The translations under genes were made by a program, and so were the position numbers. Of a stretch of 64,000 nucleotides of DNA, positions 55,360 through 64,000 are shown piece by piece. Below the pieces are notes generated by a model. That model saw nothing but the letters and a program-made list of their open reading frames with translations. It ran no database searches and was not told the origin of the DNA. The stretch spans positions 83,715 to 147,714 of the forward strand of contig CAIYBN010000145.1 in assembly GCA_903924465.1 (NCBI GenBank). The letters run 5' to 3'. Positions within the stretch are counted from its first letter, which is position 1. Every line of letters starts with the position of its first letter. The stretch comes from an uncultured Myxococcales bacterium. GTDB taxonomy: Bacteria > Myxococcota_A > UBA9042.

Positions 55360-57285
55360 TCAGGCGTCGTCCAGGCGTTCTGTCAGGAAATCACGCACGT
55401 CGGCGAACTTCCGCGTCCGCGTCGCGGGCGGCAGGCTGTCCAACAATGTTTGGCCATAACGCCGCTTCAGCAACCGCGGGTCGAGCAGCGCGACGATACC
55501 CCAATGCCGCTGGCTGCGGATCAGCCGACCAAAGCCCTGGCGCAGCGCGATCACCGCCAACGGAATGGACAGTTCGTCAAATGCGTCGCGACCCAGCGCA
55601 CGCAACTGCTCCGTGCGCGCCTGCAGCAGCGGATCGTCCGGTGGCGGAAACGGAATCTTGTCGACGACAACCACACGCAGCGCGGCAGCCGGCAGGTCCA
55701 CGCCTTGCCAGAAGCCCATCGTCGCCAGCAGCACCGCGGGCTGGGCGGCGACAAACCGGTCCAGCAGCACCTCGCGCGGCGCCTCCCCTTGGGCCAGAAG
55801 CTCCATGCCATACGGCGCCAGTTCCGGCCGCAGCCGCGCCAAAGCATCGTTCAGCGCCCGCCGACTTGAAAAGAGCGCCATCGTCCCACCGCCGGCCGCA
55901 ATCGCCAGATCGAGGATCGACTGCGCCACCGCCGCATCGCGATCCGGCGCAAACGGATCGGGAATCGCCTCAGGCACGTACAGCAGCGCTTGGCGGGCAA
56001 AATCAAACGGCGAAGCCAGACTCAGCGTCGCGACGTGCGCCGGCAGCCCCAGCCTCTCCCGCGCGTGGCGAAAATCGCCCGCCACCGCCAGCGTCGCCGA
56101 AGTGAAGATCCGCACGGCCGACTCGGCCAACAGCGTGCGCTGCAAGATCGGCGCGACGTCGACCGGCCGAGCGATCACCATCGCGTCGTTGCGGCGCAGT
56201 TCAATCCACCGCACCATGCCGTCGTCGACGCGCGGCGGAAACAGCACGCGTTCGATGTCCTGTTGCGCGGAGAAAAGCGACTCATCGAACTTGTGCCAGA
56301 GCGGATCGGTCGCCAGCAGCGGCTCCTGCATCATTTCAGCCAACTCGGCCAAGTGCGCCGCCAACTCGATCGCCGGACTCGCCAGCGCCTCCTGCACCCG
56401 ACCGCGCACGGTCTGCCCGGACGGCTGGGCGCGTATCACCGCGAACAGGCGCAAGGCCGCGGGATCCGCATGGTTCAGGAGCGCCAGCATCGGCTCGCGC
56501 AGCAGCGCATCGGGCAGGCTCGGCAGGGCCAGCCGCAGATCCGTCAGCAGATTGCCAATGCGCCGTTCGCCGATCGACGCGCCAAAGAACGCGCTCGCCG
56601 TGTCCGCCAGTCCATGCGCCTCGTCGATCACGACCACACCAACGTCCGGCAGGATCCCGCCCTGCTCCCAGCGTTCACGCACCGCGTAATCGGCAAACAG
56701 CAGGTGGTGATTGACCACGACCAGGTCCGCCGCCATCGCCCGCCGCCGCGCCTGCAGCACGAAGCAGGTCTCCTGATGCGGGCATTCCTGGCCGAGACAG
56801 TTGTCGGCCGTGGACGTAATCTCCGGCCAGATCGCGTCGTCCTCGGCAATGCCCACCAACTCGCTGCGATCGCCGATTTGCGAATGCCGCGCCACCGATT
56901 CGGCCGCCATCAGCGCCATCGGCAGCGAATACCGCGATTGCTCCAGGCGATGCTGCAACCGCAGCTTGCACAGATAATTGCTGCGACCCTTCAGCACCGC
57001 CACTTCGCGCGTCATGCCGGCCGCCGCCAGCGCCACCGGGATGTCGTTCTGCAGGATTTGCGTCTGCAAATGCCGCGTCGCCGTCGCGATGATCGCCCGC
57101 TTCCCCGACGCCAAGATCGGCAGCAGGTACGCCAGCGTCTTGCCAGTGCCGGTGCCGGCTTCCACCAACAGGTCCGTCTGCGTGGCGATCGCCCGGGCCA
57201 CCGCCGCGGCCATCTGCGCCTGACTCGGGCGGGCTTCAAAATCCGCCAGCACCTGATCGAGCGCGGCCAAATCCGCCGCGATCAC
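55360..57285 (-). CDS. dinG: DinG/YoaA-family ATP-dependent DNA helicase (Fe-S)
   Basis: RPSQAQMA, EAGTGTGKT, LKGRSNYLC, CLGQECPHQETC, VVVNHHLL, IDEAH, FTSATL, QGFGRLIRS. Confidence 0.9.
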   Translation of the reverse strand: MIAADLAALDQVLADFEARPSQAQMAAAVARAIATQTDLLVEAGTGTGKTLAYLLPILASGKRAIIATATRHLQTQILQNDIPVALAAAGMTREVAVLKGRSNYLCKLRLQHRLEQSRYSLPMALMAAESVARHSQIGDRSELVGIAEDDAIWPEITSTADNCLGQECPHQETCFVLQARRRAMAADLVVVNHHLLFADYAVRERWEQGGILPDVGVVVIDEAHGLADTASAFFGASIGERRIGNLLTDLRLALPSLPDALLREPMLALLNHADPAALRLFAVIRAQPSGQTVRGRVQEALASPAIELAAHLAELAEMMQEPLLATDPLWHKFDESLFSAQQDIERVLFPPRVDDGMVRWIELRRNDAMVIARPVDVAPILQRTLLAESAVRIFTSATLAVAGDFRHARERLGLPAHVATLSLASPFDFARQALLYVPEAIPDPFAPDRDAAVAQSILDLAIAAGGGTMALFSSRRALNDALARLRPELAPYGMELLAQGEAPREVLLDRFVAAQPAVLLATMGFWQGVDLPAAALRVVVVDKIPFPPPDDPLLQARTEQLRALGRDAFDELSIPLAVIALRQGFGRLIRSQRHWGIVALLDPRLLKRRYGQTLLDSLPPATRTRKFADVRDFLTERLDDA

Positions 57286-58955
57286 GGCGCCTGTCCGGGT
57301 GCCAATTGCGGCCGCACCTGCGGCTCCGTCTGCCGCACGAACGTCAGCACGGCGGTGTGGCCGAGAAAACGGTGGCTGTCCTCCACCTGCTGCCAGCCCG
57401 ACGCGTTCAGCGTGGGCAGGAGAAACTGCCACACCGATTCCAGCTCCTCGCGCGGCTGCGAAGTCTCGTCGGTCGGTCCAAGCGCATCGCGATCGCCGAC
57501 CAGCACCACAGCGTCTGGTTTCTGCGCGAGGATCGTCGTCAGGTGCTCCAGCGCTTCCGACGGATCGAGCGAACTCCACGCCAGCCGTTTCTCGTGCAGA
57601 TACGGGTCGAGCAGGAACAGCACCGGCATACCACGGCCACCCAGCGCCAGCATCGCGCCTTTTTGCCCCAGATTCTCGCGGGCGAACCGCGCCACTTTGC
57701 GCGCCGACTGGCGATCCGCCGCCTGCGTTTGCGCCAGCAGGTGGCTCGCACCAATGCCGAATACGACTGCCGCAGTCGCAGCGAGTTGCCAACCGGCCTT
57801 GGCACCTTTCACCTCGACGTTCTTCTGGGGCCGCGGCAGCGCCCGCGCGCTCAGGCCCACGCCCACCAGCAGCACCGCGCAGGTCCGCGCGACCGCGATC
57901 GCGTCGGTCAGTCCGTCCACGCGACCTTGCCACGCGCTCCAGGCGGCAAATCCGAGCACCAGCGCGAGCGGCAGAGCCAGTGGCACCAGATCGCGGTCGC
58001 CCAAATCGCGCGGCACCGACACGTTCACGCCAAGCGTCTGCCAGCCGGTTTGCTCGGACGGTGGCAGCGCGATCGGGTCGGGCAGCACACGACCGCGCCA
58101 CAGCCCGGCCAGCGCGGTCAGCACCAAACCGCCACCGAATACCAGCGCCGGCAGTGAGGCATTTTGCAGGTCCAGCTGCCGCGCCAACGCGCCGCGCGTG
58201 CCCGTCGGCAGTACGGCACCCAGCGCTTGCACCGCGGCCAGCCACGGCGGGGTTTCAGCCCAACCGGATGGGTCCATCGTCGCTGTGCCGAGCCACCAGG
58301 ATGCACTCAAGGGCGCGTGTGGCGACAGCGAGCCAACGACGCCGAGACGCAGGCCAACCACCGCAATCGCGGCCGCCAGCCACGCCACGAGACCCGCTCG
58401 TTTGGGCGCATCACCGGTGACAGAACGGGCGGTCAGGTAGACTGCGCCCGGCACCAACAGCAGCACAGACGGTGCCAACACGCCAACCAGCGCGATGGGC
58501 AACGCAGAAAGCGCCGTTTTGCGGGTATCGCCGTCGCGCAACCCCGAGCGCAACAGCGCCAGCGCCGCGAGCGACGCCATCGTGACCGGCGCGACGCCGT
58601 CCGCGCGTTCGCCCATGTCCAGACCGAGGGGTCCCATCGCCAACAGCAATCCTGCCAGCAGTCCCGGAATCGCGCCCCAGCCCGCAGCGCGCGCGAAGCC
58701 GACCGCCAGCGCCGGTGTGGCAATCTCGCACAAAAGCGGAATCAACCGGGCAAAAGCCGAGAAGCCGCCGCCAGCCAGCAGCAGCCCGCGGGTGACCTGC
58801 GTCCACGGTTCGTGACCGGCATCGCCGAGTCCCAACGCCAGCGCCGCTTCGTGCACGCCGAGATCCTGGCCGATCAGCGGCACCAGCCGCACGGCAAGCG
58901 TAATCGCCGTGACGCGGATCAGCAGCGTGCGCAGGTCCTTGGGGTCAATCGTCAT
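57282..58955 (-). CDS. Polytopic membrane protein, GT-C (ArnT/PMT)-like
   Basis: About 10-12 hydrophobic segments, N-terminal 'AVRL...DLGVHEA' loop, soluble C-terminal domain; 4-nt overlap with dinG. Confidence 0.55.
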   Translation of the reverse strand: MTIDPKDLRTLLIRVTAITLAVRLVPLIGQDLGVHEAALALGLGDAGHEPWTQVTRGLLLAGGGFSAFARLIPLLCEIATPALAVGFARAAGWGAIPGLLAGLLLAMGPLGLDMGERADGVAPVTMASLAALALLRSGLRDGDTRKTALSALPIALVGVLAPSVLLLVPGAVYLTARSVTGDAPKRAGLVAWLAAAIAVVGLRLGVVGSLSPHAPLSASWWLGTATMDPSGWAETPPWLAAVQALGAVLPTGTRGALARQLDLQNASLPALVFGGGLVLTALAGLWRGRVLPDPIALPPSEQTGWQTLGVNVSVPRDLGDRDLVPLALPLALVLGFAAWSAWQGRVDGLTDAIAVARTCAVLLVGVGLSARALPRPQKNVEVKGAKAGWQLAATAAVVFGIGASHLLAQTQAADRQSARKVARFARENLGQKGAMLALGGRGMPVLFLLDPYLHEKRLAWSSLDPSEALEHLTTILAQKPDAVVLVGDRDALGPTDETSQPREELESVWQFLLPTLNASGWQQVEDSHRFLGHTAVLTFVRQTEPQVRPQLAPGQAP

Positions 58956-59036
58956 CCGGGTATCCTGCCTTCGGGTCACAAGCCGCGCGAGGGTAGCGTT
59001 GCGATCGGTCAACGGCAAGGCGTGCGATGGTTGGCG

Positions 59037-60347
59037 CTACGGAATCGGTGTGATTCCACGCGAACCAAACACGTCCAGGTAATCGCGGCGGACACCGGAA
59101 CAGGACGAACGCTGGCCACACCCGCTGCATGCCTCTGGGTAAGCCCGTGGCAACAGGTCCTCTTCGCTGAGCGCTGCCAGCGCGAGCGGGGGAAAGAGGT
59201 CGATGACGCCCGCAACCGCGCACAGCGGAAAGCCGCAGGCACCGACTGGATGAACCATCACATCGCCGCTGTACAAAATCCGCAGGGTCTCCTCGAGCAG
59301 GGGGCGCGCCTCATCCAAAGGCACCATCTGTTCGAGCCACAAGGCACGGTCGCGAAACGTTTGTGGCCAGGCAAACCCGAAAGTCAGCTGCCCTTCGGCG
59401 GGCGCCAACGGCCGGAATGTCGCCACAATACACCTGGCCAGATCCGGCAGTCCCGCCAGCGTGCGCCGCTCCACGACCGCATTCAACGCAACCGGCAGTC
59501 CCGCGACGAGCACTTCGCGAATGCCCAGCACCGTGCGTGCGTGCGTCCCAGGCGCGCTCGTCACCTTGTCAGAAATTGTCGCGTCGGCGCTGTGGAATGA
59601 GATCAGTGCCCCTGCCAGCCCAACCTGTCTCAGCCGTTGCAGATAGGAGCGGTTGGACAGAGCGATGGCGTTTGTCTGCAACCAGCTGGCCATTCCGCGA
59701 TCCTGCGCGTACTGCATGAGCCCGAGCAGCGACTTGTATTGGGTCGGCTCGCCGCCCGAAAAGGTCAGTTTCCGGGCGCCTGAACGCGCAAGGTCGTCGA
59801 TCCAGGTCAGCAGGACCGACTCCGGCGGATCGGGATCATCGCGGGCCTGCCAGCAGAAGGAACAATCCTGATTGCAGCCGAATCCCAAGCGGATGATGCC
59901 GCCGCCTTCCGAGAATTCGCGCAATTGACGGTCGTGGAGGTGTTGCCACGCGTGCCATTGCCGCCACGCCGCGAGGAGATCCGCCAGCGGCGCCACGGTC
60001 GGCCCCAGGCGATCGACCGCCATAACACGTTTGCGTAAGTGCTCGACGAGTTCACGGTCGTCACCACTGCCGCCGTAGCCAAATGCCACATGCTGGCCGC
60101 GAAAGTAAGCGCGTTCGGCCGACGGTGGCACCTGCAGGGCGACGCGAAAGTGGTCCCCAACCGTCGCGATGATGTCGATGAGTTTGCCGCGCGGCAGATC
60201 GGTCCGCCACGTGAGCGCCACAGAGTCGGGCACACCCAGCACCAGCCTCAGCGCCGTGGTGACATTCTCATGCCACACCGGCTGCTGCACCGCCAGAAAC
60301 GGCGTGAATTCGAACGGCGTAGATCGCGCACTGGTCATGATGGCCAT
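59037..60347 (-). CDS. Radical SAM enzyme with an N-terminal extension and a C-terminal Cys cluster
   Basis: GCNQDCSFC (CxxxCxxC), FSGGEPT, QTNA; C-terminal CGFPLC and CSGCGQRSSCSG (SPASM/twitch-like). Confidence 0.88.
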   Translation of the reverse strand: MAIMTSARSTPFEFTPFLAVQQPVWHENVTTALRLVLGVPDSVALTWRTDLPRGKLIDIIATVGDHFRVALQVPPSAERAYFRGQHVAFGYGGSGDDRELVEHLRKRVMAVDRLGPTVAPLADLLAAWRQWHAWQHLHDRQLREFSEGGGIIRLGFGCNQDCSFCWQARDDPDPPESVLLTWIDDLARSGARKLTFSGGEPTQYKSLLGLMQYAQDRGMASWLQTNAIALSNRSYLQRLRQVGLAGALISFHSADATISDKVTSAPGTHARTVLGIREVLVAGLPVALNAVVERRTLAGLPDLARCIVATFRPLAPAEGQLTFGFAWPQTFRDRALWLEQMVPLDEARPLLEETLRILYSGDVMVHPVGACGFPLCAVAGVIDLFPPLALAALSEEDLLPRAYPEACSGCGQRSSCSGVRRDYLDVFGSRGITPIP

Positions 60348-60383
60348 CCCTGCCGGCGCGTCAAGGTGAGCCCGCACATGCAG

Positions 60384-61112
60384 CTAACCCTGACCGGCAA
60401 AACCGTCGTCGCGATCCCGGAACAGGAAATTGAACGTCGTCATCGTGCCATAGCACGCCGTGATGTACTGCTGGATCTGCACTTTTTCAGCCGCGTCCAG
60501 GTTGTCGGAGCCGTTGATCTTCTGTTCCAGCACCCGCAGCTTGTCGCGAATCGCCACGACCTTGCGAAACAGCACGTCGATTTCGATTTCCTTGGCCTGC
60601 AGCTCCGCGTTGCCGGGTTGCACGATGACCTTGCCGCCCCGGTAGCGCGTCGCCATCGGCACGTCCGAGACGTTCATCGCCTCGTCCAGCACTTCAGCCA
60701 GAATCGATTTCAGCGTGTGGCGGTCCATCGTGCCCTCTGTGTCGCCGTCGCCCAACGACAGCGGAATGTAGTTCATCTTCGGCGCTTCGTCGTCTTCCTC
60801 GTGCGTCCGCCGCACCGGCGTCGACCGCCGCGCCGCCGCATCGCGCGCCGCACCCTGCTGTACCATCGTCATGCGCCGCTGGCGTTCGCGCTCGCCCGGG
60901 GACACGTCCGCGTCGTCCGGCAGCGGCGAGCCAGGCACCAGCTTGGACCGGTCCAGGTGATAGTTCGGGCAGCCAAATTCCTGCGCGCCCACGGTCGGAT
61001 GCGTCGGCTTGCCCTTGCATTCGCCCATGGTCCGCGACATGCGGTCGGTGAACATCGGCTCAAAGTGCCGACACGAACCGCAGCGATTGTAGACTTCCTG
61101 CACCGAGATCAT
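60384..61112 (-). CDS. Conserved hypothetical protein with an N-terminal Cys motif
   Basis: CGSC...C...C N-terminus; C-terminal 'GGKVIVQPG..LQAKEIEIDVLFRKVVAIRDKLRVLEQKIN...QQYITACYGTMTTFNFLF', which I recognise as a conserved uncharacterised domain. Confidence 0.75.
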   Translation of the reverse strand: MISVQEVYNRCGSCRHFEPMFTDRMSRTMGECKGKPTHPTVGAQEFGCPNYHLDRSKLVPGSPLPDDADVSPGERERQRRMTMVQQGAARDAAARRSTPVRRTHEEDDEAPKMNYIPLSLGDGDTEGTMDRHTLKSILAEVLDEAMNVSDVPMATRYRGGKVIVQPGNAELQAKEIEIDVLFRKVVAIRDKLRVLEQKINGSDNLDAAEKVQIQQYITACYGTMTTFNFLFRDRDDGFAGQG

Positions 61113-61145
61113 GGTCACCAGTTCTCGCAGGCTGTGGCCGCGGCG

Positions 61146-64000
61146 TCAAGGCGCAGGCGCCGTCTTCTCGGCGTCGCAGCGCCGTTTCGCCTCACCGGCA
61201 TCGTCCTTGGCTGAAGTCTTCGCCGCCAGCTCCGCCAGCTCGCACCAGGCTTCCGCGCGATCCTTGCTGGTGCCCGCGCGCTCCGCCGCCAGCCGGTAAG
61301 GCAGGATCGCCGGCGCCAGCTGCCCCTCCGCCTGCAAACGCCGCGCTTCAAACAGCACCGCCAGCCGCCCCGACGGGTCGGTTTCCATCAGCGCCGTCGC
61401 CGCCAGCCGTAGATCCTCCAGTGCATCCGGCTGTCCCGCCTGCCAATCCAACCAAGCCAGCTTGGCCAGCGACGCCGCGAATTTCGGATCATTCGTGTCC
61501 AGCTCCACCGCCGCGCGCACCCGCGCCCGCGCCTCCGCCCGCGTGCCCAGCGGCGCCACGACCTGCAGCCACGGCTTCTTCGCCTCTTCGCCGCCCTTGA
61601 CCAACGCCGCGTGCGCCCGCTCCGCCGCATCCACCCACAGCGCCGCGATCGACGGATCGCCCGGGTCCAGCCGACTCGCCACCGCCAGGTTCGTCACGAT
61701 ATCCAGCGGATCCGAGCCCGGCTTGTGCGCCATCGCCAGCACGGCGCGCTGCTTGACGCCATCGCATTGCCCGTTGGGCACTTTGATCAGTTCCTCGGCT
61801 TCCAGCGCCGCGCCCGGCCGATTCCCTGACGCCGCCAGCACATCCATCTGGAGCGCCCGCAACGTGCAGATATCCCTTTGCGCTGGCCGGCGCTTGGGAT
61901 CCATCATGTGTAATTCGACCAAGCCGGCCGCCAGCACTTCCACAGCGCGCCGACTGTTGCCTTGCTGCAGCGCCGTCGCCGCTTGAGCCAGATAGGGCCT
62001 CAGCGGCCGCTCTGCGTCCCGCGCGGGTGTCACGTCCGCCGGCGCGTCCGCGCTCTCCGATGTGGCTTCGTTCTCCTGCGCATCGTCGTCGGGATCGCTC
62101 TTGGCTGCGGCTTTCTCCGACGTGGCGAATTCTTTCACCAGCCCGGGCAGATACGGTCGAAAATCCTGATCAAACCGCGCCAGCTTCTGCCCCAGCCACA
62201 CCGCGAATGTCCGATCGAGCTCATCCGGCGTCACGCCCAGTTCGCGCTGCACCAGCTCCGGCGTCGTCGCCCCGGTCTTGTAGCCGGCGACCAGATTGCG
62301 CAGCTTGGCAAAGCCGTGACGCTCGCTCAGGAATTCCGTCAACAACATCGCCTGATAATACGCATCGACGATCTCCTGCATCGACTGCGCTTGCGAAAAT
62401 GCCAGATTGAACGCTGCGACATGCGCGAGTTGGCCCGCCTTGAGCCGGTCATAAGCCCGCCGATCCATGCGCATCGCCCAGCGCGGATTGGCCCACGCGC
62501 TTTCCATCATCGCCAGGCCTTCGGTCAGCCAGCGCGGCACGCGGCCGTCGGTCATTTGGATGTGGAAGATGTGGCTCAGCTCGTGCCACAGCACCATTTT
62601 CCAGTTGAACGGCTTCTCGTTGGGCGATCGCGACGTGACCAGATGACCAAAGCACACCGCGTGCGCCCCCAGCGCGGGCAGGCCGACCGTGCGCACGCTG
62701 AATTGCTCCGTTTCCGGGAAGATCTCGACCTGGATCGGCTTGTCCGGCGTGAAACCGTATTTCTGCTCCAGCGCGGTCATCGCCTCCTGCAAGAACGGCA
62801 GCATTTCGCGCTCGAACGCCTTGCGATCCTTGCGATGCACGCGCAAATCGGCCTTTTTGCCCGGCAGCGTCACCATTTGCTTGAGCACGCCGTCGTACAG
62901 CACGTTCAGCTGATTCGCCGTCCGTACGTCAAACGGATCGCCGCCATAGGCCGTTTCCAGCTCCTTCTGCGCCTTGACGTCGTCCGCCACCCGCGCATAG
63001 CTCATACCCAACGCCGCGTGCGCCTGCCACAGCTCGGGCTGAGCGTGGATGGCCGTCTGCAGCAGCAACAGCGTCTCGCGGTAGCGGTGCGCCATTTCCA
63101 GGTACTCGCCGGTCACCAGCCAGAGCCGGCCGTCATCCGGGTTGATCTGCTTTGCGCGCTTTTCCACGGCGGCAAAATCGCCCGGCTGATCGGTGAGCTT
63201 GGCCAGCGCCGCCTGCACCGCCAGCGTGTCCAGGTTGTCCGGTCGCTGGAGCTGTGCGCGGTCCAGAAAGCCCTTGGCAATCGGATAGTCCTCGTCGTGC
63301 AGCGCCACTTCCGCCCGCAGAATCAGCGCATCCAGATCGCGCGGATTGTCCGCCAGCAGCGTGTCCAGCCGCTTGCGCGCACGGTTCACGTCCTGGTCTG
63401 ACTTCAAATCGATCCGCGCCATCAGCGTCACGGCTGCCGGCTGCTTCGGGTCGATCGCGAGCACCTTCTTCAGCGACTTGTCGCCGTCGCGGTAATTGTA
63501 CTTGCTGACAAACAGGCGCCCCCAGGCCAGCTCTAGCGTCAGCCGCTCGCGATCGTTTTCGACAAGCTGGCTCGCTTCCTCGTAGACGCGATTGGCATCC
63601 TTGACGTAGCCGTTCAGCCGCAGCGATTCGGCCACGGCGAGCAGGTCCAGCGGCTCCTTGAATTGGCCGTTCTCGTAGCGATCCGCCAACGGATCCAAGA
63701 GCTTTCTCGCTTCCCGCGCTTTACCCGACTCGTACAGCGCGGCGCCCAACGCCACCAGCAGCTGCGGATCGCCCGGGCTCGCCTTGACCGCCTTGCCCAG
63801 CAGCGCCACGCGCGCCGCCAGCGTCCCCGCTTGGCGCAGGACGTCCGCTTGCGCCAACACCACTTGAGAATCGGGCATTTTGGCGGCCAGGTGCGGCGCC
63901 AGCACCGCCTGCGCCTCCGGAAACCGCCCTTGCCGCAGCAGCGCCTGGACGAGCATCACAGCGTCGCCAGCCGACCACGGCGTCGTGACCAAGGAACTTT
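61146..64000 (-). CDS. TPR-repeat protein with a gluzincin (peptidase MA-like) domain; 5' end outside the window
   Basis: Multiple TPRs; WHELSHIFH (HExxH) with downstream PRWLTEGLA; the frame stays open to the window edge. Confidence 0.85.
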   Translation of the reverse strand, partial: SSLVTTPWSAGDAVMLVQALLRQGRFPEAQAVLAPHLAAKMPDSQVVLAQADVLRQAGTLAARVALLGKAVKASPGDPQLLVALGAALYESGKAREARKLLDPLADRYENGQFKEPLDLLAVAESLRLNGYVKDANRVYEEASQLVENDRERLTLELAWGRLFVSKYNYRDGDKSLKKVLAIDPKQPAAVTLMARIDLKSDQDVNRARKRLDTLLADNPRDLDALILRAEVALHDEDYPIAKGFLDRAQLQRPDNLDTLAVQAALAKLTDQPGDFAAVEKRAKQINPDDGRLWLVTGEYLEMAHRYRETLLLLQTAIHAQPELWQAHAALGMSYARVADDVKAQKELETAYGGDPFDVRTANQLNVLYDGVLKQMVTLPGKKADLRVHRKDRKAFEREMLPFLQEAMTALEQKYGFTPDKPIQVEIFPETEQFSVRTVGLPALGAHAVCFGHLVTSRSPNEKPFNWKMVLWHELSHIFHIQMTDGRVPRWLTEGLAMMESAWANPRWAMRMDRRAYDRLKAGQLAHVAAFNLAFSQAQSMQEIVDAYYQAMLLTEFLSERHGFAKLRNLVAGYKTGATTPELVQRELGVTPDELDRTFAVWLGQKLARFDQDFRPYLPGLVKEFATSEKAAAKSDPDDDAQENEATSESADAPADVTPARDAERPLRPYLAQAATALQQGNSRRAVEVLAAGLVELHMMDPKRRPAQRDICTLRALQMDVLAASGNRPGAALEAEELIKVPNGQCDGVKQRAVLAMAHKPGSDPLDIVTNLAVASRLDPGDPSIAALWVDAAERAHAALVKGGEEAKKPWLQVVAPLGTRAEARARVRAAVELDTNDPKFAASLAKLAWLDWQAGQPDALEDLRLAATALMETDPSGRLAVLFEARRLQAEGQLAPAILPYRLAAERAGTSKDRAEAWCELAELAAKTSAKDDAGEAKRRCDAEKTAPAP

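Noticed and set aside
57286-58245. 320-aa N-terminal extension of DinG in the ORF track
   Set aside because: Overlaps the membrane-protein gene in another frame; the true start is the GTG at 57285, coupled to the upstream stop.

Overview
A 64-kb, high-GC (visually about two-thirds G+C) bacterial chromosomal segment. Gene content points to Myxococcota or a related deltaproteobacterium (inference): many Cys-rich lipoproteins, a PEGA protein, a short OPX plus beta-barrel polysaccharide exporter, a sigma54 activator with an FHA-like N-terminus, and a DnaK paralog. About 46 CDS can be supported. I found no rRNA, tRNA, CRISPR array or transposase. Main blocks: (1) 1.7-18.7 kb, a cluster of large disulfide-rich surface lipoproteins, including a fibrillin-like cbEGF protein and a putative BPI/LBP-like protein; (2) amidase and hflKC; (3) 27.1-36.7 kb, a regulated promoter and structured leader, then a small helical secreted protein, beta-barrel, short wza, wzc, and dnaK-dnaJ-thiL; (4) pntAB, ftsEX-envC, an outer-membrane barrel, a PPIase and serC; (5) 51.6-54.5 kb, an apparent self-contained cascade of a tandem-HTH sigma54 activator, a GTCCGA repeat array, a -24/-12 promoter and a LuxR-type regulator; (6) a minus-strand run of TPR-metallopeptidase, radical SAM, GT-C-like membrane protein, DinG and GT2. 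A roughly 100-125-bp hairpin-containing intergenic repeat occurs three times. All family assignments come from motif recognition by eye; no database searches were run.
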